Shown piece after piece: positions 1-7,901 of a stretch of 16,272 nt of DNA. The first letter of the stretch is position 1, and each line of letters opens with the position of its first letter. Source of the stretch: Chlamydiia bacterium (GTDB lineage Bacteria; Chlamydiota; Chlamydiia; Chlamydiales; 2-12-FULL-49-11); assembly GCA_044359535.1 (NCBI GenBank), contig JBIKLZ010000027.1, positions 1 through 16,272 on the forward strand, in the 5' to 3' direction. A program made the translations under genes and the position numbers. Below the pieces are notes generated by a model. That model did no database searches. It saw only the letters and a list, made by a program, of their open reading frames with translations, and was not told the origin of the DNA.

Positions 1-786
1 GCCGTTGTTTCATCAGGTGCTGTTTCTGTTGAAGAGTATATTTTTTCTAAGACCTCTTTAGAGGCTGCTGAAGGGGCTTTATCTGCCTCTGTATTTAATT
101 TAAGGAAAGCTATTTCCCTTGTTGAGGGGACAACTGTTAGAAATCACCCTATGGTTTTAGCTGCTATTGAAGCTGTAAAGCTAGCTTTTGTGAATCTAAA
201 CAGATGCGTTATTAAAGCCCCAGCTACTGGAATTGTGGCTCAAAGGGGAGTTCAGGTTGGCGAATCTGTCACCCCAGCGTCACAACTTCTTGCCATTGTC
301 CCTTTAGATCAGGTGTGGGTCGATGCAAATTTTAAAGAAATTCACATGTCAAAGATTCGAATAGGGCAAAAAGCTTCTGTCACCTCAGATTTTTACGGAA
401 GTGGAGTCAATTATGAGGGGACAGTTATTGGTATAGCAGGGGGGACAGGGGCAGTGTTTTCGCCCCTTCCTCCACAAAACGCAACAGGAAACTGGATAAA
501 AATTGTTCAAAGGGTTCCGGTAAGAATCGCTCTTTCTGGGGTCATGTTGACTAAATATCCTTTACGTCTTGGACTTTCTATGGATATTTCTGTCGATGTA
601 AAAGATACATCGGGGCTTAAAGTCCCAGGGGTTATTAGAGATGCCATCCCTTTATGGAAAACAACGATTTTTTCTGACCAAGAAAAGGGGGTCGATACAT
701 TAATAGAAAAGATTTTCTCTCAAAACCAAAGCTTTGTTGGAATGATTTCAGAGGAGGTGAAACTTCTTGGAAACCATCGCAGATGA
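1..786 (+). CDS. emrA: EmrA-type (HlyD family) periplasmic adaptor of an MFS efflux pump, 5' truncated
   Basis: Frame is open from base 1 (AVVSSGAVSVEEY...NHPMVLAA), so the ATG at 151 is internal. EmrA motifs are present: IKAPATGIVAQRGVQVG, WVDANFKE, RIGQ, GTGAVFSPLPPQNATGNWIKIVQRVPVRI. Lies directly upstream of an EmrB-type gene. Confidence 0.93.
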   Translation, partial: AVVSSGAVSVEEYIFSKTSLEAAEGALSASVFNLRKAISLVEGTTVRNHPMVLAAIEAVKLAFVNLNRCVIKAPATGIVAQRGVQVGESVTPASQLLAIVPLDQVWVDANFKEIHMSKIRIGQKASVTSDFYGSGVNYEGTVIGIAGGTGAVFSPLPPQNATGNWIKIVQRVPVRIALSGVMLTKYPLRLGLSMDISVDVKDTSGLKVPGVIRDAIPLWKTTIFSDQEKGVDTLIEKIFSQNQSFVGMISEEVKLLGNHRR

Positions 787-2299
787 TGAACCTATTGAAA
801 TAGGGCCGATACAAAAACTCTTCCTTTCCTTTGCCTTATGTCTTGTGGCTTTTATGTTTGTATTGGATTACACCATTGCAAATGTCGCTGTCCCTTATAT
901 TGCTGGAGGACTTGGAGTCAGCAGTAGTGAAGGGACATATGTTATTACCTTCTTTTCTGTTGGAAACGCCATTTTCCTCCCCATGACTGCCTGGCTTGTA
1001 AAAATATATGGAGATTCAAAGGTGATTATTTGGGCAACGATCCTTTTTACCTTCTTTTCTATTACGTGCGCAGCAGCCCCTGATTTAAATGTTTTGGTGG
1101 TTTCAAGATTTCTTCAAGGGGCAGCAGCCGGCCCCTTAATTCCATTATCTCAAGGTATTTTAACAAAGTTGTATCGAACTCAAGTAGAGAGAATTTCGAC
1201 AATTTTTTCGATGATCATCATGGTCGCCCCAGTGATCGGTCCCGTTGTTGGGGGGTACATATGCTTTAACTATCTTTGGAGATGGATTTTTTATATAAAT
1301 CTACCTGTGGGCGTTATTAGTGCTGCATTAATTATTATCAATATAAAGGGGTTAAAGATCAAAACTTCAAAAGTGGGTTTTGATTGGGTCACATTTTTAC
1401 TATTGTTGATTGGAATGACCTGTTTACAGCTGTTTTTAGATAAAGGGCAACAATGGGATTGGTGGCATTCAAAAAGGGTCCAATTTTTTTCTATTGTCAG
1501 TGCTATTTCTGTGGGATACATCTGTATATGGAGTTTTTCTTATGAAAAATCGTTGTTTAATCTCTACCTTTTCAAAATAAAAAATTTTTCCATAGCCTGC
1601 TTTATGATTTTTTTTGCTTATTCCCTTTATTTTGCCGCTGTAGTGATTTTTCCTCTGTGGCTTGAAGATGTCCTTGGTTATACCTCTTTTCAAGCAGGCC
1701 TTGCTGTAGCTCCTATGGGGATAGGAGCTTTATCAGGGGCTTTGATAGTGGCTCGATTGATAAAAAAAACGCAACCGGTTTTTTTGATGGCACATGGATT
1801 TTTTTGGATGGCTGTGGGATGTTTTTATGCAGCTAATTTTGTCTATACTATTAGTTTTTTTCATATTGCAATGTCTAGAGTTATCTTAGGTTTTGGTTTA
1901 GCTTTTTGGATGATTCCAACAATGTCTTTGGTTTCAAAATCATTGAGTAATGAGGATTTACCCTCTGGCCTTGGTCTATTTCACTTTCTTCGATCCCTTT
2001 CAGGGGGAATTGGAACAGCTGTCTATGTCACTTTATATACTCGAAGGGGGTATCAGCAACATATGAATTTAGCCTATACCTATAACAACTATAAGCAGGT
2101 ATGTAGATCCTATTTTAGCGATATTTTAAGGTACATTCCTAATGAAGTGAGTGCCTTTAATTACTTAGATCAAATGGTAGAAAATCAAGCTTCAACCTTT
2201 GCCTTTGTTGAGGTGAATAATCTTATGGGATACATTTGCCTCTTTTTAATGTGTATCTCCTTTTTAGGGTATCAAAAAAAGAGTCTATCTGTAGTTTAA
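767..2299 (+). CDS. emrB: EmrB-type DHA2 (14-TMS) MFS multidrug efflux permease
   Basis: Motifs VLDYTIANVAVPYIAGGLG, RFLQGAAAGPLIPLSQ, APVIGPVVGG, WRWIFYINLPVG and LDKGQQWDWW. TTG start is preceded by a strong Shine-Dalgarno, GAGGAGGTG (751-759). Overlaps emrA by 20 bp. Confidence 0.92.
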   Translation: METIADDEPIEIGPIQKLFLSFALCLVAFMFVLDYTIANVAVPYIAGGLGVSSSEGTYVITFFSVGNAIFLPMTAWLVKIYGDSKVIIWATILFTFFSITCAAAPDLNVLVVSRFLQGAAAGPLIPLSQGILTKLYRTQVERISTIFSMIIMVAPVIGPVVGGYICFNYLWRWIFYINLPVGVISAALIIINIKGLKIKTSKVGFDWVTFLLLLIGMTCLQLFLDKGQQWDWWHSKRVQFFSIVSAISVGYICIWSFSYEKSLFNLYLFKIKNFSIACFMIFFAYSLYFAAVVIFPLWLEDVLGYTSFQAGLAVAPMGIGALSGALIVARLIKKTQPVFLMAHGFFWMAVGCFYAANFVYTISFFHIAMSRVILGFGLAFWMIPTMSLVSKSLSNEDLPSGLGLFHFLRSLSGGIGTAVYVTLYTRRGYQQHMNLAYTYNNYKQVCRSYFSDILRYIPNEVSAFNYLDQMVENQASTFAFVEVNNLMGYICLFLMCISFLGYQKKSLSVV

Positions 2300-2301
2300 A
2301 T

Positions 2302-2325
2302 CCCTTATACTGTAAAGTATTAGGG
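2302..2325 (+). promoter_or_regulatory. Stem-loop between the emrB stop and the next start codon
   Basis: CCCTTATACT-GTAA-AGTATTAGGG: 10-bp stem with one T/T mismatch and a GNRA-type loop. The 3' arm ends 2 nt before the ATG at 2328. The 5' arm contains a -10-like TATACT (2306-2311). Confidence 0.4.
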
Positions 2326-2327
2326 TT

Positions 2328-2690
2328 ATGAATAGTATAGAATATCTAGATGTACCAAAAGTTGATTATTCAGGGTACATTGAATCTTCACATCACATCT
2401 ATAATCAAGTGGGTATTTTAAGTACACGCTCTGTAATTGCTCATACCGAATCCCTTTTTGGGATGGGGAACAATGAAAGTTTTTCATCTCTTTCCCCTCC
2501 ACTAGATCCTCCGAGCGAAAGTTGCTTTGGATATGAACTTCTCCCTATAGATATTGATAAAGCTATTAAGGTAATTGATGAGGAGGGTGTAGATGAAGAA
2601 AAGCTCTTAGCTCTTTTATACAATATTGAGTATTTAAATAGCCTTTCAAGAGAAATAGCTCACCGTAGAGATTCTATTTTAGCTGGATAG
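2328..2690 (+). CDS. Acidic hypothetical protein, possibly a short, divergent chlamydial CT273/DUF5399-like protein
   Basis: 120-aa ORF filling the gap. Segments ESLFGMGNNESFSSLSPP and EEKLLALLYNIEYLNSLSREIAHRRDSILAG resemble, from memory, the FSPP motif and the C-terminal helix ending in G of CT273. The family call is unverified. Confidence 0.6.
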   Translation: MNSIEYLDVPKVDYSGYIESSHHIYNQVGILSTRSVIAHTESLFGMGNNESFSSLSPPLDPPSESCFGYELLPIDIDKAIKVIDEEGVDEEKLLALLYNIEYLNSLSREIAHRRDSILAG

Positions 2691-3963
2691 CTTCATCGAT
2701 AATTGAAGGTCTAACAAAAATAATTAAGTTTTTCTTTAATTCCACCTCTTTTTCTGAGGAAAAAAGAGCTCCAATCCAAGGGATCGATTTTAAAAGGGGA
2801 ACCCCAGATTTTTTTGTCGTTTTCACCTTTCTTGACATTCCAGATAAGACTAAAAAGTGGTTGTTTGGAACGTGAGCTTCAGTAGTCATTTGTGTTTTAG
2901 AGGTTTTTATTCCGGAGAGATTTGTCGAGCCGTCTATCAAGTGATCGTGACTTTCTGTGATTTTTTCATCGATGGAAAGGGTAATTATCCCTGTATCGCT
3001 AATCATCGGAATAATATTTAACATCACTCCAATATCTTTGTATTCAATATTTGATGTTGTCCGTTGATTGACCCCTGTTAACTCAATGATTGATCCAGCA
3101 AAGGGGACAGAGTCTCCTTCAAAAATGGTAGAAAGCTTATTTTCTCTAGCAAGAATCTTTTGATTTAAAATAATGGAAGTATCTGTATCGGATTGAATAT
3201 ATTGAGCAAAAGAGGTGATTTCATGAAATATTTGCTTTCCATTAATAATAGCATCCCCAATAATTCCCATATTTATCCCTTGATTTAGGGAGTTTTTACA
3301 GGCAGACAAAATATCCTTAGAGGGGCTATTTTTCCAAGAGACACCAAATTGATGCCCTTTATTTATATCTGTTTCAATAACTAAAACTTCAACATAAACT
3401 TGTTTTGGTGGGGTGTCTAGCTTTTCTATCAACTCTTTTAAGGAGATAGAAGTCTGTTTTGAAGCGGAAAAAAACAAAGAATTTGAAGCTTTAACCCATT
3501 GAAGAGTTTTTATGGTATGAATTAATTCTGCATCGGTAACGTGATTTGTATTTAACCCATCTATTGAATTTTTCAAATGATGGAGAATCTCTTCACCTGA
3601 ATGATACTTAAGTTTATAGAGGTCAAATTCAGCAGCAGGCTCCACCTTTTTAACCTCTTTTTTTTCAGGGATCTTTTTAATGAGATAGGATTCCCCTTTT
3701 TTAACCGCTTCAAGGTTGTACTCTCCAAGGAGGGTAAAAAGATCATCTAAAACATCTTCTGAGGATGAGCCGCTTTGTGATATAAAGATCACATCAAAAT
3801 CAAGATTTTTTTCATCGGCAATAAAGTTTACTGAAAGAGCTTTTCCTAGGTAACGGACTAATTCACTTAGTCGTATTTTCGAAAAATTGCAGCTGTAATT
3901 TTCCTCGCCGAAAATAAAAGAAAGGGAGCTGATCAAGAGAAATAACTTTAAAAGAGGGTTCAT
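2674..3963 (-). CDS. Outer-membrane secretin of chlamydial CdsC/SctC type, short form (signal peptide + N0 + one N3-like domain + secretin domain)
   Basis: N-terminal signal peptide; N0-like NFSKIRLSELVRYLGKALSVNFI; N3-like YKLKYHSGEEI...LQWVKASNSL...LIEKLDTPPKQVYVEVLVIET; secretin core NIEYKDIGVML and FLVLSG...SGVPLLKSIPWIGALFS...NLIIFVRPSII. Confidence 0.9.
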   Translation of the reverse strand: MNPLLKLFLLISSLSFIFGEENYSCNFSKIRLSELVRYLGKALSVNFIADEKNLDFDVIFISQSGSSSEDVLDDLFTLLGEYNLEAVKKGESYLIKKIPEKKEVKKVEPAAEFDLYKLKYHSGEEILHHLKNSIDGLNTNHVTDAELIHTIKTLQWVKASNSLFFSASKQTSISLKELIEKLDTPPKQVYVEVLVIETDINKGHQFGVSWKNSPSKDILSACKNSLNQGINMGIIGDAIINGKQIFHEITSFAQYIQSDTDTSIILNQKILARENKLSTIFEGDSVPFAGSIIELTGVNQRTTSNIEYKDIGVMLNIIPMISDTGIITLSIDEKITESHDHLIDGSTNLSGIKTSKTQMTTEAHVPNNHFLVLSGMSRKVKTTKKSGVPLLKSIPWIGALFSSEKEVELKKNLIIFVRPSIIDEAIQLK

Positions 3964-3972
3964 AAGATGAAG

Positions 3973-3981
3973 AGTTTACCA
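3973..3981 (-). promoter_or_regulatory. Candidate extended -10 promoter of the secretin gene
   Basis: Minus strand reads TGG-TAAACT, 9 nt upstream of the ATG at 3963. No Shine-Dalgarno in between. Confidence 0.4.
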
Positions 3982-4009
3982 TAATGAACCATTTTTTTAC
4001 AGACAAAAA

Positions 4010-5878
4010 TTATATATTATCAATAATTAATGGAGGGGTCTTGAAGGTTGTTTTTTGCCTAAAAACTGTTTGGTAGAAATAAAGTTCGCTATCAATAGCT
4101 TTTCTAATAGTTTCATCCTTACAAAATCCATGCCCCTCCTCTTTAAAAAGAAGGTAGGCTGTGGGGATTTTTTTTTCTAAAAGGGCTCTATACATTTTTG
4201 AAGCTTGATCCTTAGGAACAATTTTATCTTCATCCCCCTGAAGAAGTAAAATGGGCTTTTTTAGCATCTTTGTGTGATACAAAGGGGAACGCTTATCATA
4301 GAGGGCTTTTTCTTCCGGATAGTTTCCAATTAACTTATCTAAATATCTTGATTCAAATTTATGGGTATGTTCAGCTAAAAGAGCTAGATCACTTACCCCA
4401 AAATAACTAGCCCCCACAGCAAATGTCTCTCTGAAAGTGAGGAGAGCAAGGGTGGTAAACCCCCCAGCGCTTCCCCCTTTTATAGAAAGTCTTTTTTTAT
4501 CAACAAGCCCCTCTTTAATAAGATACAAAGCACAATCCTCACAATCATCAAGATCCTTAATCCCCCAATTTTTATAAAGACGATTTCTATAAGAGCGTCC
4601 ATAACCGGTACTTCCTGAGTAGTTGACATCACAAACAGCAAAGCCTCTTGAGGTAAAATATTGGATAGATAGAGAAAAAAGGGCAGGGCTGTGCGAAGTT
4701 GGACCCCCATGAGAAATTAAAAGAAGAGGGGGTTTTTCTTGAGTTAAGTCTGCTGTTGGATTTTTAGGGGGATAAAAAAAGGCGTGTGAAGTTTCATTAT
4801 GTCTTGTGGTAAATGAAATGGGTTTAGGAATAGAAGTCCATTCTTTTGGCAGGGTGTTTTTTTCCGAGATCTTTATTTCAATAAGGGCTTTTGTCTCTGT
4901 ATTAAAGGAATAAAAGGCAAGGGGGTGTGTTGGAGAACCTGCTATGAAGTAAAGAGTATTTTCAATACTTTTAATCGAAGTATAATAGGTAAAAGGTAGA
5001 TTATAGGGGGAAAAGGTGCCTTTAGAAATTTCTCCTAAAACATCTAAAGCATCTTGTATTCTAACAGCAGCAATGCTTCCTGAGGCTAAAGGGGCAAAAA
5101 ATGGATTGTTGTAGCGCCAATGAGCTTTTGAAAAGTCATGTTTAGAAGGACAAAGGGGAGTGTTATCCTCTTTATAAATATTCCAATATCCTGAAATATC
5201 AGAGATGAAATAAAGGTCTCCATTTGGAAAAAATTGTGGAGCAAAGGAGCTGATATCCCCTTTTTGACTTATTTGTTTTTTTTCTAGAATTCTTTTTTCC
5301 TTAGATAAAGAGATTTTCCACACATCGGAAGCATCCCAAGACATATTTGGAAAATCCCATGTAAAGTAGGCAAGAGATTGTTCATCTGGGGAGAGAGTTA
5401 GACCAGAATAAAAGTCATGATTGGATTCAAAGAGGTCACATTTTCCAGTAGCCTTTTCTATTCTCATAATTCCATTTTTTATATTTTCCTCATCACTGTG
5501 ATCCTCAAAAATAGCAAATAAGATAGAGCCACAACCACAGGGTTCACCAAAACGGATCTGGGGGCAATCGGTAATCTTTCGAACTTTTTTATCCTTTATT
5601 TCATAGATCTGTTGATCTTTTTTGAAGGTGAAATAGATAGAGCCTTGGTGCTCGCATAAAGAGCTTGTTCCATATTCATGAACCCCATTTTTTGATGAAA
5701 AAGGGGGTGGGGTAAGATCTTTTTTTTCTTTTGTTGAATAGATTACACACCGGCCGTTATCTTGGGGGCGCATCTCAACAAGGTAAATATCGTCTTTTCC
5801 AATGATAAACTCTATAAATTTTACAGAATCGGTGGTTAAAGAGTCGCTTGTGATAATAGAATCAAGGCTGCCTAACAT
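4010..5878 (-). CDS. S9 family (prolyl oligopeptidase clan) serine peptidase, acylaminoacyl/dipeptidyl peptidase-like
   Basis: N-terminal beta-propeller-like region; HGGP; DVNYSGSTGYGR; nucleophile GGSAGG; catalytic Asp in QGDEDKIVP and His in EGHGF. SD GAGGG upstream. No signal peptide visible. Confidence 0.93.
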   Translation of the reverse strand: MLGSLDSIITSDSLTTDSVKFIEFIIGKDDIYLVEMRPQDNGRCVIYSTKEKKDLTPPPFSSKNGVHEYGTSSLCEHQGSIYFTFKKDQQIYEIKDKKVRKITDCPQIRFGEPCGCGSILFAIFEDHSDEENIKNGIMRIEKATGKCDLFESNHDFYSGLTLSPDEQSLAYFTWDFPNMSWDASDVWKISLSKEKRILEKKQISQKGDISSFAPQFFPNGDLYFISDISGYWNIYKEDNTPLCPSKHDFSKAHWRYNNPFFAPLASGSIAAVRIQDALDVLGEISKGTFSPYNLPFTYYTSIKSIENTLYFIAGSPTHPLAFYSFNTETKALIEIKISEKNTLPKEWTSIPKPISFTTRHNETSHAFFYPPKNPTADLTQEKPPLLLISHGGPTSHSPALFSLSIQYFTSRGFAVCDVNYSGSTGYGRSYRNRLYKNWGIKDLDDCEDCALYLIKEGLVDKKRLSIKGGSAGGFTTLALLTFRETFAVGASYFGVSDLALLAEHTHKFESRYLDKLIGNYPEEKALYDKRSPLYHTKMLKKPILLLQGDEDKIVPKDQASKMYRALLEKKIPTAYLLFKEEGHGFCKDETIRKAIDSELYFYQTVFRQKTTFKTPPLIIDNI

Positions 5879-5931
5879 ATACCCTCATTTAAATGGTTTA
5901 AGAAAAGAGCCTACTATAGGAAAAATGGGGT

Positions 5932-6993
5932 TTAATCACAAGAATCAATCAATGCCCATGCTGCAGCTTTTGCACTTTCCCATTCTTTTTTCTTACTACT
6001 AAATAAAGGGGGGGTTAGTGTGGTTTTAGCTAATTTTTTCGCATCCTTTAAAAGCTTTTGAGCCTTTTCCTGATCTGTATTCTTAAGAAGGTGATAGCCC
6101 TTTACATGAAGCTCAATCCATGCAAAGTTTCTTTCCCATTTTTCATGATTTTCGTATATTGTTGCAAATCTATTGGCTACATAGGAGAAATCATAATATT
6201 TAAGAAGATAAGGAAGAACACGGTCTATAAAATTTAGATTAGGATCAGGACAAGGGATAAGTAAACAATAGTTTTTATCAAAAAGAAGTCTCAAGATCGT
6301 TAATCTATTATTTGAAATATCAGTCCATTGTGTTTCTAATTTATAAAGCATTTCTTCTGCAATAGGGACAATGGAGTTCCAATAAAATTCAACTTCTTTA
6401 AAAGTGTGTCCTTTTTTGCAAAAAGAGAGGTTGCTATCGCTTTGGTTCGACATGTAATAGAGATGATTGACGTTTTTAAACAACTTTAGAATATTCTGTA
6501 TTTGAATAATTTCTGTGAGAAGTAAAGTATCTTCAAGAATCGGAGCATTAAGACTTCTTTCAAGATCTAGGATTTGAAGAAAATAACCTCTATGACTTTC
6601 CATTCCGTGATAAGGAATTTCATCTTTATCTTTAATCGGATGTGTCAAGTGTATGATTGCGGCATTGTCATTTATCCTAAAAGCTAAAGAAATCAGTTCT
6701 TGATATGAGTTAAAAAGGTCTAATTCTTCTTGAGAAAAGTTATTCAGGGGGCTGTCTTTAAGAGCTTTATTTGTTAGAGCTATTTTGGCTGAAGAAATAA
6801 AAGGGTTTATATCTTCAACCATTGATTGATAATCCTTCATTTGTAGGGTAAACAACTCTTTGTTTAAATAGAATTGTTTGTCCAAATGAAAGGTATCAGA
6901 TAGGGTTTGTTTGATCTCATCTATTCTTGAATGATTTGCACCAGAAAAAAGATGAATAGTTAAGAAAGTAAATAGAAATAGAGTTTTTTTCAT
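5932..6993 (-). CDS. Exported hypothetical protein, probably mostly helical
   Basis: 353-aa ORF with a Sec-type signal peptide (MKKTLFLFTFLTIHLFSGA). No family motif recognised. Confidence 0.75.
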   Translation of the reverse strand: MKKTLFLFTFLTIHLFSGANHSRIDEIKQTLSDTFHLDKQFYLNKELFTLQMKDYQSMVEDINPFISSAKIALTNKALKDSPLNNFSQEELDLFNSYQELISLAFRINDNAAIIHLTHPIKDKDEIPYHGMESHRGYFLQILDLERSLNAPILEDTLLLTEIIQIQNILKLFKNVNHLYYMSNQSDSNLSFCKKGHTFKEVEFYWNSIVPIAEEMLYKLETQWTDISNNRLTILRLLFDKNYCLLIPCPDPNLNFIDRVLPYLLKYYDFSYVANRFATIYENHEKWERNFAWIELHVKGYHLLKNTDQEKAQKLLKDAKKLAKTTLTPPLFSSKKKEWESAKAAAWALIDSCD

Positions 6994-7051
6994 AAAGAAA
7001 TAGTGTGCTTAAAGGGATTATTTTTTACAAGGAAAATATGAGACTTTTTTA

Positions 7052-7081
7052 AAACTCCATTTAAAAAATTAAATGGAGTTT
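7052..7081 (-). terminator. Inverted repeat downstream of OMP copy 1, probable terminator
   Basis: AAACTCCATTTAA-AAAA-TTAAATGGAGTTT: perfect 13-bp stem, 15 bp after the stop of 7097..7750. The U-tract is short. Confidence 0.6.
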
Positions 7082-7096
7082 GTAAAGGAGTTTATT

Positions 7097-7750
7097 TTAG
7101 AATCCTATAACGTAAGAAAGGGCAATATTTCCTTTATGAGAAGGATCTCCCTCTTTGTAAATATCAATAAGAGGTTGATCAAATTCAAGTTTTATGATGC
7201 TAACTGATTCAGAAGGTTTGCCCATCTCTAATCCGAGAGCAAAAGATCCTCCAAAAGAGGTCAATTCATTATCTCTATAGGAGTTCTCTGTTTGAGATTT
7301 AAGATTTGTAACCCATTTGGTATCTATAGAATAGGAGATGTTTGTTCCAATTCCTGCAAACAATCGATTGTCAGATTGTGTATTAAAATAATGAAGACCC
7401 ATCATTTTAGGAAAATAGACAATATTTTGAATTTCATGTGAGGAAAAATCACTGTTTTTCGTTTTTTTCTCTCCCCACATACCTGAAAATTCAATCATTT
7501 TAGACTGAAAAACCAAAGAGTCAATGATTCTAGATTGATAGCCTACTCCAAGAACTGGAAAAAGATTGGAGGTGTCTAAAAATAGACCTGGGCCTGCTTT
7601 AAAAGTGACGTGTCCAATAGTTGCTTTATTACCTGTCGAACTCACAGGTTGTTGACTTATTTTTGGCTCTAAAGAGGCAACATTTTCAGAAGAAGAATTT
7701 GCTGTGAGAGCTTGTAAAGTTAATAATAGTGTTAAAATAGTTTTTTTCAT
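7097..7750 (-). CDS. Small outer-membrane beta-barrel protein (about 8 strands), paralog 1
   Basis: Signal peptide; eight amphipathic strand-like segments; C-terminal beta-signal-like GNIALSYVIGF ending in Phe; strong SD AAGGAGG. Confidence 0.8.
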   Translation of the reverse strand: MKKTILTLLLTLQALTANSSSENVASLEPKISQQPVSSTGNKATIGHVTFKAGPGLFLDTSNLFPVLGVGYQSRIIDSLVFQSKMIEFSGMWGEKKTKNSDFSSHEIQNIVYFPKMMGLHYFNTQSDNRLFAGIGTNISYSIDTKWVTNLKSQTENSYRDNELTSFGGSFALGLEMGKPSESVSIIKLEFDQPLIDIYKEGDPSHKGNIALSYVIGF

Positions 7751-7774
7751 TATTCCTCCTTTTTAGGAATAATT

Positions 7775-7803
7775 AGAATCACACAGTTTGATATTAAAAA
7801 CAA
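7775..7803 (-). promoter_or_regulatory. Candidate degenerate sigma70/sigma66 promoter of OMP paralog 1
   Basis: TTGTTT-N17-GATTCT with a TGn extension, at exactly the same distance from the ATG as the paralog 2 promoter. Confidence 0.45.
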
Positions 7804-7849
7804 CAATAATTATGAGCTCTTGTAAAAACAGTTTAAATTTAATAAAATT

Positions 7850-7881
7850 AAAAAAAAGAAGGGGGCAAGCCCCCTCTTTTT
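7850..7881 (-). terminator. Rho-independent terminator after OMP paralog 2 (possibly bidirectional)
   Basis: Minus strand reads AAAAAGA-GGGGG-CTTG-CCCCC-TTC-TTTTTTTT: GC stem, CUUG tetraloop and U8 tract, 20 bp after the stop. Confidence 0.88.
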
Positions 7882-7901
7882 AACAGAGAAAAACAAGTGT
7901 T

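Noticed and set aside
151-786. ATG at 151 as the emrA start
   Set aside because: The frame is open to base 1 with EmrA-like sequence, and the N-terminal TM anchor is missing. The gene starts outside the window.
1291-2623. Short antisense ORFs 1291..1521, 1469..1693 and 2441..2623
   Set aside because: They lie fully inside better-supported genes on the opposite strand and show no motifs.
2674-3963. Calling the secretin gspD or the canonical sctC, or the outer-membrane partner of EmrAB
   Set aside because: Motifs look CdsC-like rather than GspD-like, but length and context do not fit canonical cdsC. EmrA-type adaptors dock on TolC-family trimers, and such a gene may lie upstream of the window.
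4480-6002. ORFs 4480..4710 (-) and 5802..6002 (+)
   Set aside because: One is an alternative frame within the S9 peptidase; the other is antisense across two real genes.
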